Below are positions 47,382 to 57,865 of a DNA stretch of 64,000 bases, piece after piece. The position numbers and the translations under genes are program-made. The notes under the pieces were generated by a model that made no database searches, had not been told where the DNA came from, and saw only the letters and a list, made by a program, of their open reading frames with translations. The first letter of the stretch is position 1, and every line of letters starts with the position of its first letter. Location of the stretch: contig OZ242220.1 in assembly GCA_965206745.1 (NCBI GenBank), positions 1,056,001-1,120,000 of the forward strand. Reading direction: 5' to 3'. Origin of the DNA: Nitrosopumilus sp. GTDB taxonomy: Archaea > Thermoproteota > Nitrososphaeria > Nitrososphaerales > Nitrosopumilaceae.

Positions 47382-48623
47382 TTACCAGTTGTTTGCGTAT
47401 TTTACTTGCTCTGGAGTTAGTTTATCAATTTTGACATTCATTGCGCGTAGTGCGTCAACTGCAATCTGTTGATCAATCTCTTCAGGAACATTGATAATCT
47501 TATTTTCCATCTTTTTGTGATTTTTAAGAATGTACAGTACAGATAGAATCTGATTTGAAAATGATTGTGCCATTACTTCAGGAGGGTGTCCTTCTGCGGC
47601 AACCAAATTTGCGAGTCGACCCTGTCCAATAAGATAGACCCTTTTGCCATTCTTCAAGATGCATTCATCAAGGTTAGGTCGGACTTCTTTAACAGATTTC
47701 GATGACTTTAGCAGGAACTTGCTGTCAATCTCAACATCAAAGTGGCCCACATTTCCCATGATTGCGCCATCCTTCATTGTCAGAATGTGTTCTTTGCGGA
47801 TGACGCTAGTCATGCCGGTACACGTGACAAACATATCACCAACCTTTGCAGCGTGCGCCATTGGCATCACTTCAAACCCGTCCATGTGTGCCTCAAGAGC
47901 CTTTACAGGATCAACTTCTGTGACAATCACTTTGGAACCCATTCCATTACATCTAGATGCGACACCTCGCCCTACCCAGCCATATCCAACAACTACGACA
48001 CGCTTTGAGGCCATCAGAAGATTCATTGCACGAAGATATCCATCTATTGTGCTCTGGCCAGTCCCATAGCGATTATCAAACATGTGTTTTGTGTATGCCT
48101 CATTGACTAGTATTACAGGATACCGCAATTTGCCTTGGTTTTCAACAGCCCTGATTCTAGTGACACCAGCAGTTGTTTCCTCAGTTGCACCGAGTATTTC
48201 CAGGTCTTTGAATCGTTTATCAAAATGAGCTTTGATGTTCATATCAGCACCGTCATCAGTAAGAATTGTAGGCTTGTGCTTTAACACCTGATCAATGCAC
48301 CAATCATATTCTTTGACAGATTGCCCGTGCCACGAATACACATTGATTTTCTGGGATGCCAAGAATGCGGCAATGTTATCTTGGGTAGTCAAAGGGTTCC
48401 CACCGCAGCATGCAACAGTGGCTCCCAACTCCTTGGCACCCATAAGCAAAACAGATGTTTCTTTGGTGATGTGAAGGCAAAATCCAAGCGTGATTCCCTT
48501 TAGTGGTTTTGATTTTTTGTATCGATTAATAGTATTATCAAGTATTTGCATGTGAGATCTGGCCCATTCATATGATAGTTTGCCCTCTTTGATCAACTTT
48601 GGGCTGGACTTTACTTTGCTCAT
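47382..48623 (-). CDS. ahcY: Adenosylhomocysteinase
   Basis: CLHITKET, DDGAD, EETTAG, KHMFDNRYGTGQS, GYGWVGRG and GHFDVEI motifs. Confidence 0.97.
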   Translation of the reverse strand: MSKVKSSPKLIKEGKLSYEWARSHMQILDNTINRYKKSKPLKGITLGFCLHITKETSVLLMGAKELGATVACCGGNPLTTQDNIAAFLASQKINVYSWHGQSVKEYDWCIDQVLKHKPTILTDDGADMNIKAHFDKRFKDLEILGATEETTAGVTRIRAVENQGKLRYPVILVNEAYTKHMFDNRYGTGQSTIDGYLRAMNLLMASKRVVVVGYGWVGRGVASRCNGMGSKVIVTEVDPVKALEAHMDGFEVMPMAHAAKVGDMFVTCTGMTSVIRKEHILTMKDGAIMGNVGHFDVEIDSKFLLKSSKSVKEVRPNLDECILKNGKRVYLIGQGRLANLVAAEGHPPEVMAQSFSNQILSVLYILKNHKKMENKIINVPEEIDQQIAVDALRAMNVKIDKLTPEQVKYANNW

Positions 48624-48698
48624 TAACGTGACCCGATGTTTATGGTATAAAATTCTATCATGCGAATGTAAATAAATGACAAGAATATCAGAAATTTA

Positions 48699-49001
48699 TT
48701 GGCTTGGAAGAAGATTGCAGATAAAGGTGCCGTAGCCGCAGGAAAAGGCAAAGCCTTCAAGATCGATGGGAAGCAGATAGCAGTCTTCAATCAAGACGGA
48801 TACCATGCAATGGATGATCTTTGTGTACATCAAGACGGCTCAATTGCGCCAGGCAAGCTAGAAGGAGACATTGTAGAATGTCCACTGCATTTTTGGCATT
48901 ACAATATCAAAACTGGGGAATTGACAGACTATCTCAAAGATGTAAAACTTGAGACATATCCGGTACAAGCCAGAGATGACGGCATCTATATCGATATTTG
49001 A
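48699..49001 (+). CDS. Rieske [2Fe-2S] ferredoxin
   Basis: CVH...CPLH Rieske ligand pattern. Confidence 0.93.
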   Translation: MAWKKIADKGAVAAGKGKAFKIDGKQIAVFNQDGYHAMDDLCVHQDGSIAPGKLEGDIVECPLHFWHYNIKTGELTDYLKDVKLETYPVQARDDGIYIDI

Positions 49002-49208
49002 TTAAAAATAAAACCAGCACTATTTTGAATGTAAAACGCAGAAAATGGGTAAATCATCCCCCAGCTCGTGCCAGATATTGGTTGTCTCAGATGTGTGATT
49101 ATCCTGCAACATCACAAGGCTGTTTACGAACATTATTTGAGTAAAATGAGTCTTTTAGGATCAATATCATGCATAAGTTTTATTTTCATACAGTCTAAAA
49201 AATAACTG

Positions 49209-50000
49209 TTGAATCAGAACATCATAAATGAGATCAAAAATCAGGATTATCCAAAAATAACTGAGACGATCGAAAGTTTCCTGGCAGACCAGATTGAAAA
49301 AAACCAAGCCAAAGGAATAATCTTGGGATTAAGTGGCGGCATAGACTCTGCAGTCACAGCATACATTTGTAAAAGAAGGCTAAGAGACAAGACACTGGCG
49401 CTAATCATGCCAGATACATCAATCACCCCAAAATCAGAGACAGAGGATGCACTCAAGATGATTGCACTGACAGGAATCAAGCACAAGCTAATCGACATAA
49501 AACCCATCATAAATGAATATTCGATGTATGTAGAACCAAGCGAGAAGGCAAGAGGAAATCTTCGAGCAAGGGTCAGAGCAAACATGTTGTACTATTATGC
49601 AAATGCCAAAGATTATCTTGTTTTGGGATCCAGTGACAAAAGCGAATACAATATCGGATATTTTACAAAGTTTGGAGATGGCGCATCAGATATCACACCA
49701 ATTATTTCCCTTTACAAGTTGCAAGTACGGGAGATTGCAAAATACCTTGGAGTCCCAGACAACATCATTGCCAAAAAAAGCAGTCCCCACCTTTGGAAGG
49801 ATCATCAGGCAGAAGAAGAATTGGGCTTATCGTATGAGGAGATCGATTCTGTCCTGTACTGTATGCTTGAAAAAGAGCTATCAATTGATGAGGTAGAGAA
49901 AGCCATCCAGATGCCAAGGAGTGCTATAGAGAAGATTCAGCAATTACACGCAAACAGCAAACACAAAAGATTGCCACCGCAGATGCCAATGGAGGAATAA
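49209..50000 (+). CDS. nadE: NH3-dependent NAD+ synthetase
   Basis: LGLSGGIDS, GNLRARVR and GYFTKFGDG motifs. Confidence 0.95.
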   Translation: MNQNIINEIKNQDYPKITETIESFLADQIEKNQAKGIILGLSGGIDSAVTAYICKRRLRDKTLALIMPDTSITPKSETEDALKMIALTGIKHKLIDIKPIINEYSMYVEPSEKARGNLRARVRANMLYYYANAKDYLVLGSSDKSEYNIGYFTKFGDGASDITPIISLYKLQVREIAKYLGVPDNIIAKKSSPHLWKDHQAEEELGLSYEEIDSVLYCMLEKELSIDEVEKAIQMPRSAIEKIQQLHANSKHKRLPPQMPMEE

Positions 50001-50001
50001 A

Positions 50002-51411
50002 ATGAGACTGTTAGATACGCTATCCAAGACAGAGCAGAAGGTAGACACATCAAAGAAGGTTAGGATTTACCTCTGCGGAGTTACAGTATATGATGAATCC
50101 CACATTGGCCATGCAAGAACAATCATAGTTTTTGATGTGTTAAGAAAATATTTGGAAGACAAAGGAATAGAAATCCAACTTGTTCAAAACTTTACAGATG
50201 TTGATGACAAAATCATCAAGCGTGCCAACATAGAAAATAAGACAGCGCATGAGATTAGTGACAGATACATCGACAATTACTTTGTTGATTTTGACGGACT
50301 GAATGTCAAACGTGCAACAAACTATCCAAAGGCAACAGAGCACATTACAGAGATCATCAAATTTATTGAAAAATTGATTGAAAAAGGAATCGCATATGTT
50401 ACAAAAAACGGAGTTTATTTTTCAGTGTCGGAATTTCCAGAGTATGGAAAACTATCCAAAAAGAAGATCGACGAGTTGCAGTCAGGGGCAAGAATCGAGG
50501 TGGATGAGCAGAAGAAGGATCCTCTGGATTTTGCAGTATGGAAGATATCAGATGACAAACCAACTTGGGAGAGTCCATGGGGAAAAGGAAGGCCCGGTTG
50601 GCACATAGAGTGCTCTGCCATGAGCATAAAGTACCTAGGAGAGAACTTTGAGATTCATGGGGGTGGTCGTGATCTCATTTTTCCACATCACGAGAATGAG
50701 ATTGCACAGTCAGAGTCTTGTACAGAGGTTCAATTTGCAAAAATATGGATGCATGTTGGAATGGTCACTATAGAAGGAGAGAAGATGTCAAAATCAGTAG
50801 GTAATGTAAAATCAATCAAGCATGTATTGGAAAATTGGGGATCAAACATCATCAGATTGTTCTGCCTATCAGGCCATTATTCCAAACCAATTGACTATTC
50901 TGAAGAATTGCTAAAAGAGAATCTTACAAAATGGAGGCAGGTGGAGACCTGTTATTACGAGTTGGTTCATGCCAATGATGAGAACGGTGAAGAAATCAAA
51001 GAGTTTGTCACCAAGACAGGCTCAGAGTTTGACACCGCATTGGATAATGACTTTAACACACACCTAGCATTATCTGCATTTTTCCAATTAGTTAAAGAGA
51101 CAAACAGACTGGCTGCCGAAGAAAGACTCGGAAGAGATAACGGTGACACGATAAAAACAGAGTTGAAAAGAATGCTAAAGATTCTAGGGTTGCAAATTCC
51201 AAAGATAACAGATGCACAGAGAAAAGAGATAGACAGGTTAATTGTAGATAGGGAGGAGGCAAGAAACGATAAAAAATTCAAAGATGCAGATAGGATCAGA
51301 GACAAGCTAAATCAAATGAATGTGGAGTTAATTGATCACAAGGGGAAAACAGTTTGGATGATTAAAGAAAGCATCAGGGCAGAAAACCAAAAATTCTCCA
51401 GTATCAACTAG
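50002..51411 (+). CDS. cysS: Cysteine--tRNA ligase
   Basis: CGVTVYD..HIGH, GRPGWHIECSAM, FPHHENE and KMSKS motifs. Confidence 0.97.
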   Translation: MRLLDTLSKTEQKVDTSKKVRIYLCGVTVYDESHIGHARTIIVFDVLRKYLEDKGIEIQLVQNFTDVDDKIIKRANIENKTAHEISDRYIDNYFVDFDGLNVKRATNYPKATEHITEIIKFIEKLIEKGIAYVTKNGVYFSVSEFPEYGKLSKKKIDELQSGARIEVDEQKKDPLDFAVWKISDDKPTWESPWGKGRPGWHIECSAMSIKYLGENFEIHGGGRDLIFPHHENEIAQSESCTEVQFAKIWMHVGMVTIEGEKMSKSVGNVKSIKHVLENWGSNIIRLFCLSGHYSKPIDYSEELLKENLTKWRQVETCYYELVHANDENGEEIKEFVTKTGSEFDTALDNDFNTHLALSAFFQLVKETNRLAAEERLGRDNGDTIKTELKRMLKILGLQIPKITDAQRKEIDRLIVDREEARNDKKFKDADRIRDKLNQMNVELIDHKGKTVWMIKESIRAENQKFSSIN

Positions 51412-51509
51412 TTTGCACCAATAGAATTAACGCCTAAAAAACAAGGGATGCCTAATTAGGAGAATCTAATTTTCGTTGCCTTTAATAGAACAGAAAACTG
51501 AAACAGCAC

Positions 51510-51791
51510 ATGAATGCATGGAGTAAATTTTGGCAATGGTATGAAAATAAAATACTCGGAAGTGTGATTCTAATTGCAATCATACAGTTCATTCAAATCC
51601 CACACATGGTATGGAATGCAGACCTTATGTTGGAAGCAGGAATTGTATCAAGAGTTAATCCGGTGATCGACTGGTTCTTGTACGGAGTTGATCTAATTGA
51701 AATTATTTCAATTATTAACGTCGGGATGATAATGTTTAGTTTAATCAAGAAAAAGAGACAAGAAAAAAAGGCAAGAAAAAAGGCAAGTTAA
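51510..51791 (+). CDS. Small membrane protein
   Basis: Two hydrophobic helices and a basic C-terminus. Confidence 0.72.
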   Translation: MNAWSKFWQWYENKILGSVILIAIIQFIQIPHMVWNADLMLEAGIVSRVNPVIDWFLYGVDLIEIISIINVGMIMFSLIKKKRQEKKARKKAS

Positions 51792-51792
51792 T

Positions 51793-52620
51793 CTAGTCCT
51801 TTGCCTCCCAAAGAACCCTTTGTGGGAACGGGATTTCAATCCCAGCCTTGTCCAATGCCTGTTTTATGGCAGTAAGCAAGATTGGTTGTGCCTGACTCCA
51901 GTCATCTCTAGGATGCCAAACCAACACCTGGATATTGATGCTAGAGTCACCTAGTTCCTCAACTCGAAACTCAGGTTCAGGAACCACAAGTACAAAGGGC
52001 ATCGTAAGTCTGATTTCATTTTGGATTGCAGAGATGGCATCCCCGATGTCATCCTTGTATGAGATTCCCACCATCGCCTCAGCACGTCTCACAGTTGAAA
52101 CAGTAAGGGATCGAATATTAGATGTGAAAAATTTTTCGTTAGGGATTCTAATTACTGTTCCGTCAAATTTCCGAACTCTGCTAGAGAAGGTACCTACATC
52201 CAACAGCGTCCCAGAAATTCCCATATCAGGAATTTGTATGGTATCACCAAGCTTTGCAGGTTTTTCAATCATCAGGAAAATACCCGAGATCAGATTAGAC
52301 ACCACAGACTGTGTTGCAAATCCAATCACAACTGCAAAAATCCCGCCGGCTACAAGCAAACCTGAGAAATCAAGGCCTTGGCTGGATGTAAATACAAGAA
52401 ACGCAATCACAATAATTCCAAAATAAATGATCTTTCCAAAATTCTTTGCCGTATCCTGAGGGAGGGTAGGGGCATAATATTTGAAGAAGATCATCTTGGC
52501 AATTTTTGCAGAAATGACTCCGACTGCCATAATTATTGCGCCAATTAACAAAGAGAGAACATTCAATCCTCCAACAATCTCCATTTCAGATAACCCCTGC
52601 AAAAATTCTATAGGAGTCAA
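51793..52620 (-). CDS. mscS: Small-conductance mechanosensitive channel (MscS family)
   Basis: GFATQSVVSNLISG, IPNEKF, GISY, GDSSI and GIEIPFPQR motifs. Confidence 0.93.
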   Translation of the reverse strand: MTPIEFLQGLSEMEIVGGLNVLSLLIGAIIMAVGVISAKIAKMIFFKYYAPTLPQDTAKNFGKIIYFGIIVIAFLVFTSSQGLDFSGLLVAGGIFAVVIGFATQSVVSNLISGIFLMIEKPAKLGDTIQIPDMGISGTLLDVGTFSSRVRKFDGTVIRIPNEKFFTSNIRSLTVSTVRRAEAMVGISYKDDIGDAISAIQNEIRLTMPFVLVVPEPEFRVEELGDSSINIQVLVWHPRDDWSQAQPILLTAIKQALDKAGIEIPFPQRVLWEAKD

Positions 52621-53375
52621 TCCAATCCCATCTCCATAGAGGTATTAGCAGTGCTTTCTTCCCAAGTAGGAGATTTTACCCAGTCAGTACTAAGGGGATC
52701 AGTTTGAATATCTGCAATACGCACAACGGCACGTTTTTTCAGAGTGATTTTAATCCCATCAAGAATGGATTTAGAATCCTCATAATACAAAGAGTTGTCA
52801 GTGATGGGAAATATCACTTTATTGATGGACTGACCCGAATCTAGATTGTTCTCAATAACAATCTTCATCACCCCTTGAACATAAGGAGTAGAATCAGAAA
52901 AATCAGTGGCAAAAGTTACTTTGGCATATTTACACAGGGTACCAGTGTCAGGGGAGCCATACAAGCCAAATCTAGAATTTGACGGATTGCATGTAACCCA
53001 GTCCAAAGAGTCTCGTTTAGAATCATGCAGTAAAAAGATGCCCACCTCAATTGGACAGTGGACAAAAATACTTGCGGCAGAATTTTGGCTAAGATAGATC
53101 TCCTTGTCAAATTTTAAAAAAACGTATCCGGTGCGTCTTGCAGGATGGTTAAGAGGCCTAATTGGCGCCAATTCAATTTTTAATTCGTCAGATTCTGCAG
53201 GGATCATTTTTTCAATTACGTTGCCTTCTGAATCCTGCCTGAAATATGAAAATGCATTATCTCCAATCCTCTCGATTTTCACAATAATTCCAGGCAGGGT
53301 TAATTCAAGATGATCACTTGTAGCATATTGGCCATATTTGGAATATCCAGATTCGACAGCATCTTCACTCATCAT
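52617..53375 (-). CDS. DUF432-like protein, coupled to mscS
   Basis: PIRPLNHP, PIEVG and GLYGSPDTGTLCKY motifs; 4-bp overlap with mscS. Confidence 0.75.
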   Translation of the reverse strand: MMSEDAVESGYSKYGQYATSDHLELTLPGIIVKIERIGDNAFSYFRQDSEGNVIEKMIPAESDELKIELAPIRPLNHPARRTGYVFLKFDKEIYLSQNSAASIFVHCPIEVGIFLLHDSKRDSLDWVTCNPSNSRFGLYGSPDTGTLCKYAKVTFATDFSDSTPYVQGVMKIVIENNLDSGQSINKVIFPITDNSLYYEDSKSILDGIKITLKKRAVVRIADIQTDPLSTDWVKSPTWEESTANTSMEMGLD

Positions 53376-53433
53376 TTTATTTTTATTTGAACCTAGAATT
53401 TATGCCCTTTTATTGGAATAGTCATGCAGAGAA

Positions 53434-54591
53434 TCAGAAAAAATCAGAGATTGTTTTCTGCCTCACCAGATCAATGATATTTCCATGTGAAAGCCATTCG
53501 GATTTGCTAATACTCATCTTCTTTGACGCCAAAAGTAACGCATGATCAAAATCATCGGCAAATGCAGGGTCCTGATTCATAGCTACACGCACCCCCTCCC
53601 GGACCTGCCATACGCCGACAGGAATGGCATATTCGGGTCTAATTTCACGCAAAATCACGACGCCTGCCTGAATCTTCATCTTCTCCAAGTATTCCAAAAC
53701 ACCCAATTTGGCTGCAAAATACGCACCTGCAATTGCAGGAGGGTGATCAATGCCACGTGCATCCTCATAGTCAGAACCAAATCCCAATACCCCATCAGAG
53801 TACCAGGCTTCAATCATCTCATAGACCCACCTATGAGGAAACAAGACTATTGTGAAGATGTTTCCCAAATGCTCATATGAGAAGACTCTGTAGGAATCAA
53901 TCAGGCTATAACTTAAAACATCTTCAGTGAGTGACTTGCAGATAATATCATCAGTTGCAGTGATACTCCATTTGGTAGGAACCAGTCTTCTTTTTTGGCC
54001 AAGCATCCCAATACTAAAACACTTTTGGATCTTTGAAATCTCTATTCCAGAGTTGTACAGGTTTAATACGGCATCTTGGGCCCTCAAATCTTTGTCATAG
54101 TATGTCTTTTCGATGGACTTTACAGATGTCGTTCCAGAAAATCTAGCAGATTTTATTTCACCGATGGGGCCAAACGGGGCACTCTGACCATCCAGAGAGA
54201 CGTTTTGGGACGGGGATTTTTGAAAAACCAAGTCAGAGTCAGTCGGTTTTGAAGACATTGCAACTTCTTGCAGATTCTCAATGTAACGTCCGTCAGTTTG
54301 CTTAATTGAGATTTTTTGTGTTCCCCTGACCAGATTCAATCTAAAATTAACAATGTCCTCCAGGGATTTTCCCACCCATTGTTCAGGACTGTCAAGCAAA
54401 CTAGTGTCACCGTGGATCGGGGGGACCATCGGGCCCACAAAGACTTTGGGGTAATTATAAGAGCCAACAAATACTGAGGGAGGGCTAGTACCACTAATCG
54501 AGTCAGATGAGAAAAGATTCCCATGCCTCGAGAGGGTCTCATGCCATTTGGCCAGAATTGAGCGTCTGATCTCCTGGGAGTCATATGACAT
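53434..54591 (-). CDS. Nre-family DNA repair protein
   Basis: SPPSVFVGSYNYPKV, LVPTKWSITATD, YFAAKL and PVGVWQVRE motifs; C-terminal PIP box QKTISDFF. Confidence 0.9.
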   Translation of the reverse strand: MSYDSQEIRRSILAKWHETLSRHGNLFSSDSISGTSPPSVFVGSYNYPKVFVGPMVPPIHGDTSLLDSPEQWVGKSLEDIVNFRLNLVRGTQKISIKQTDGRYIENLQEVAMSSKPTDSDLVFQKSPSQNVSLDGQSAPFGPIGEIKSARFSGTTSVKSIEKTYYDKDLRAQDAVLNLYNSGIEISKIQKCFSIGMLGQKRRLVPTKWSITATDDIICKSLTEDVLSYSLIDSYRVFSYEHLGNIFTIVLFPHRWVYEMIEAWYSDGVLGFGSDYEDARGIDHPPAIAGAYFAAKLGVLEYLEKMKIQAGVVILREIRPEYAIPVGVWQVREGVRVAMNQDPAFADDFDHALLLASKKMSISKSEWLSHGNIIDLVRQKTISDFF

Positions 54592-54690
54592 ACAAAATCA
54601 TGCCTAAAATATGCCTATTAACTTGCCTAATCACGATAATTGATTGATTGTTAACGCATAGTGTTTAAGTGATAATCGCAACTAAATCTT

Positions 54691-55653
54691 ATGGCAATAA
54701 AAAGAATTGTCTCATTTTTACCTAGCGCAACAGAACTGCTTTATGAACTAGGCATTCAGGACAGACTGTTTGGAGTGACCCATGAATGCAAGTATCCTCA
54801 CGGTGCAACTCTAAAACCAAGAGTCATCAATACCGTAATAAATTCAGACGAGTTATCCAGTAAAGAGATAGACACAGCAACTTGTAAATTACTGCAAGAG
54901 GGGAAGGACATCTTTGTTTTGGATGAAGATAATCTAAAAAAAGCAGAGCCGGATTTGATCATTTCCCAAGAAACTTGTCAAGTGTGTGCAGCATATACTA
55001 ACCAAGTTGACAAGGCAGTAAAAATCCTAAAAAAGAGACCTGCTCTTTACTCTATGGATCCACACAACATCAATGAGATCATCGACTCTGTGACAAAGAT
55101 AGGCAAGATGCTAGAATGTGGAGAAAAAGCCAAAGAGATCACAGACGCGCTGAAAAAAAGGGTTGATAAGATCAGCAAGTCCAGACCGATGAAAAATCCA
55201 AAAGTGTTGGCCATAGAATGGATTGAGCCGTTCTTTACTGCAGGACACTGGGTTCCAGAAATGATAGGGATTGCAGGCGGAATCAACATGATAAGCAAGA
55301 CAGGCGAGCACTCTAGGCGATTAGAGGTAGACGAGATTATTACGGCAAATCCGGACATCATAATACTGATGCCCTGTGGCTTTGATACGCAAAGAGCGTT
55401 ATCAGAATACAATAAAATTTTAAAAGATAACATAGTCTGGAATTCTTTGGAGGCAGTTAAAAATGACAAAGTGTTTGCAGTTGATGCAAATTCGTTTTTT
55501 AGCAAACCCAGCATCAGGACAATTGAGGGGATGGAGATTCTGGCAAAAATCATCAATCCAGAAGAATTTGTCCATCTGAAGGTTTCAAAAGGCTCATTTT
55601 CACATATCGGCAAGAACCAGGTTCAGGCCCAAAGAAAGCCAGCCACAGAGTAG
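54691..55653 (+). CDS. BtuF-like cobalamin/metal-chelate binding protein without a signal peptide
   Basis: RIVSFLPSATE, GVTHEC, PDLII, AGHWVPEM and SKPS motifs. Confidence 0.82.
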   Translation: MAIKRIVSFLPSATELLYELGIQDRLFGVTHECKYPHGATLKPRVINTVINSDELSSKEIDTATCKLLQEGKDIFVLDEDNLKKAEPDLIISQETCQVCAAYTNQVDKAVKILKKRPALYSMDPHNINEIIDSVTKIGKMLECGEKAKEITDALKKRVDKISKSRPMKNPKVLAIEWIEPFFTAGHWVPEMIGIAGGINMISKTGEHSRRLEVDEIITANPDIIILMPCGFDTQRALSEYNKILKDNIVWNSLEAVKNDKVFAVDANSFFSKPSIRTIEGMEILAKIINPEEFVHLKVSKGSFSHIGKNQVQAQRKPATE

Positions 55654-55771
55654 CAGATAGGCATTTTGTAGATCATACATTACAGAACTTTGCAGGGCCA
55701 AGGACAGACACAGTTTAGGACAGAGGGAGGGATATTTTGATGAAGACAGGGAGAGATTCAATGGTTTTGGG

Positions 55772-56983
55772 TTATTTTTTGGATGCAGAAACCAAGGACA
55801 CCACGTCCCTGTCTCGCAATTGATAGTCAGTGGGCAGTCTCAGATTATACCTCAAATCCTTCCCGTAAAGCAGTCCCTTAGTCAGGTCAGTGTGAATCTC
55901 CTTGGCCAGATCGTTTATTGTCGCACCATCTTTTAGCAATATTAGATCTGGAAGGATCCGGCCTTTTTTGTCAGTAAGGTTCTTTTCGTCAGCCACAGGA
56001 TAGATGGAATTCATTTTGAGGAGCTTAAAAACTGCCACATTAATTGCAAATTGGACGCCAGTTCTCATGTATTCTCCCATAATTCCTTGCTTGATGAAAT
56101 TCAATGCGTTGTTTTGTTTTTCATTTAGTTCATTAGGTTTTAAAATTTCAAATGTTTCAGAGCCAGGAGAATATTTTATCAAGCCCTTCTGCTCTGCACG
56201 TCTGAGAACAAACTCACTATCACCGCTGACAGGAATCACAATAGAGTCATTGTATCTCTCCCTTAACCGCGCAAAATTTTTATCGGCGTCTTTGACATCG
56301 ACTTTGTTTGCGACAATCAACGTGGGTTTTGAGATCTTTCTAAGATGCGATGCAAACTTTTTGCTATCAACCATGTCAAAGTCATCAAAGTCTTTCTCTA
56401 CAAGACTTGTTGCATAAAACGTCTCTTTGACATGGGTTTTTGTCACACCGATTCCACGATAAAGATCAGTTATCGCATCAACTGCATCAGTGCCAGCTTT
56501 GATCAATTTTGAAACCTTCTCCCTGTTCCCTTCAAGAATCTTGTGGTACCACATGATCAGTTCCTCTTCAATATCGGCAAAATCAGATATAGGATCACCG
56601 GTTCCAACTTTGGTAATTTTTCCAGCAGAATCTATCCCGCCAGACGCATCCACCACGTGCAACAGTGCATCAGACTGTGCGGCAATGGAGAGAAATTGAT
56701 TTCCAAGGCCCTTGCCCTTCCAGGCATCCTTGATAAGTCCGGGCAAATCAATTAACTCAATTGGAATATACCTCCACCCATCAAGACATTTTGAATTATT
56801 TGGATTGTCTTGGATTTTGAATTCTGGATGTACACACAGGGTGATTGCGTGTGCCACCCCGGATACGGGTAACTTGGTAGTAAATGGGTAAGATGAGATC
56901 TCCTCAGAAGACAGAGTGGCAGAATTGAAAAAGGTCGTCTTTCCAGTGTTGGTCTTGCCAATTAATCCTATTCGTATAGGCAT
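55772..56983 (-). CDS. YchF/Obg-family GTPase/ATPase with TGS domain
   Basis: GKTNTGKTT, YPFTT, DLPGL, GLGNQFL and ANKVD motifs. Confidence 0.92.
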   Translation of the reverse strand: MPIRIGLIGKTNTGKTTFFNSATLSSEEISSYPFTTKLPVSGVAHAITLCVHPEFKIQDNPNNSKCLDGWRYIPIELIDLPGLIKDAWKGKGLGNQFLSIAAQSDALLHVVDASGGIDSAGKITKVGTGDPISDFADIEEELIMWYHKILEGNREKVSKLIKAGTDAVDAITDLYRGIGVTKTHVKETFYATSLVEKDFDDFDMVDSKKFASHLRKISKPTLIVANKVDVKDADKNFARLRERYNDSIVIPVSGDSEFVLRRAEQKGLIKYSPGSETFEILKPNELNEKQNNALNFIKQGIMGEYMRTGVQFAINVAVFKLLKMNSIYPVADEKNLTDKKGRILPDLILLKDGATINDLAKEIHTDLTKGLLYGKDLRYNLRLPTDYQLRDRDVVSLVSASKK

Positions 56984-57017
56984 GCAATAATTATCATTCC
57001 AGAATATTTATCTCTGC

Positions 57018-57383
57018 CTAGGAATCAGGAGGTTTTCTGTTTTTTATTTTTTCCAATGTTTCATCTAGCTTCCTGATTGCCCATCGGATATCAGAAAAAT
57101 CTTCCTCTGAAAGGGATTCTCCCCACTTTTCCAAAACACTATTTGAGATTTCAGAGCAATTGTACAGCAAATTCCAATACGGGTGATGCTCAGCAGTAGT
57201 GTATGCTAGCTCAGTAACATCATTGAGGCCATTTTGTGCCCTTGCTAAAGAGGTGATTCCATCTCCAAATATTTTGAGAATGCCATTATCAAGATCTCTC
57301 TCTATTTTTAATGGGACGTTTTGTTTTTCGTATCTTTTGGCAAGCTCCAACAGATCATGGTAAAAATTTTCAAAGTCAGTCAT
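57018..57383 (-). CDS. Hypothetical protein
   Basis: MTDFENFY...AEHHPYW; TGATG stop/start overlap with the upstream gene. Confidence 0.75.
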   Translation of the reverse strand: MTDFENFYHDLLELAKRYEKQNVPLKIERDLDNGILKIFGDGITSLARAQNGLNDVTELAYTTAEHHPYWNLLYNCSEISNSVLEKWGESLSEEDFSDIRWAIRKLDETLEKIKNRKPPDS

Positions 57384-57802
57384 CAGGACAACCTCTGATG
57401 TTCTGCCAACATGCACCGATTAAAAATTACCTTAATCCCCGCTTCTCGTGCCAGTTCCTCGGCTTTGGGGTTATGAATTCCCTCCTGAAGCCAAATCACT
57501 TTGGGTTTCTTCTTTATTGCCTCTTGGACTACAGGCAGCACCTGATCAGAAGGCCTAAAGACGTCAACGATGTCAATATCGCCATCAATCTCAGAAACCG
57601 AGTCATAGCATCTTTTACCCAAAATTTCATCAGCAGTAGGGTTTACGGGGGTTACATCATACCCATTATCAGCAAGATACTTGGGTACGTAATGCGCAGC
57701 TTTTGAGGAATTTTTAGACATTCCAACCACGGCCACTCTGTTTAATGAGAGGATCTCACGAATTTGCAGGTCTGAAAAAGAATCTTGCTCCACACCAGCC
57801 AT
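57383..57802 (-). CDS. CoA-binding protein (YccU-like)
   Basis: VAVVGMS, PVNP, DIVDVFRP, WLQEG and NRCM motifs. Confidence 0.92.
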   Translation of the reverse strand: MAGVEQDSFSDLQIREILSLNRVAVVGMSKNSSKAAHYVPKYLADNGYDVTPVNPTADEILGKRCYDSVSEIDGDIDIVDVFRPSDQVLPVVQEAIKKKPKVIWLQEGIHNPKAEELAREAGIKVIFNRCMLAEHQRLS

Positions 57803-57865
57803 TACACCATCAAGAATATAATTTTTGAACGCATGCTCTAAGAAAGAATTTTTTAAGCGGGACGT

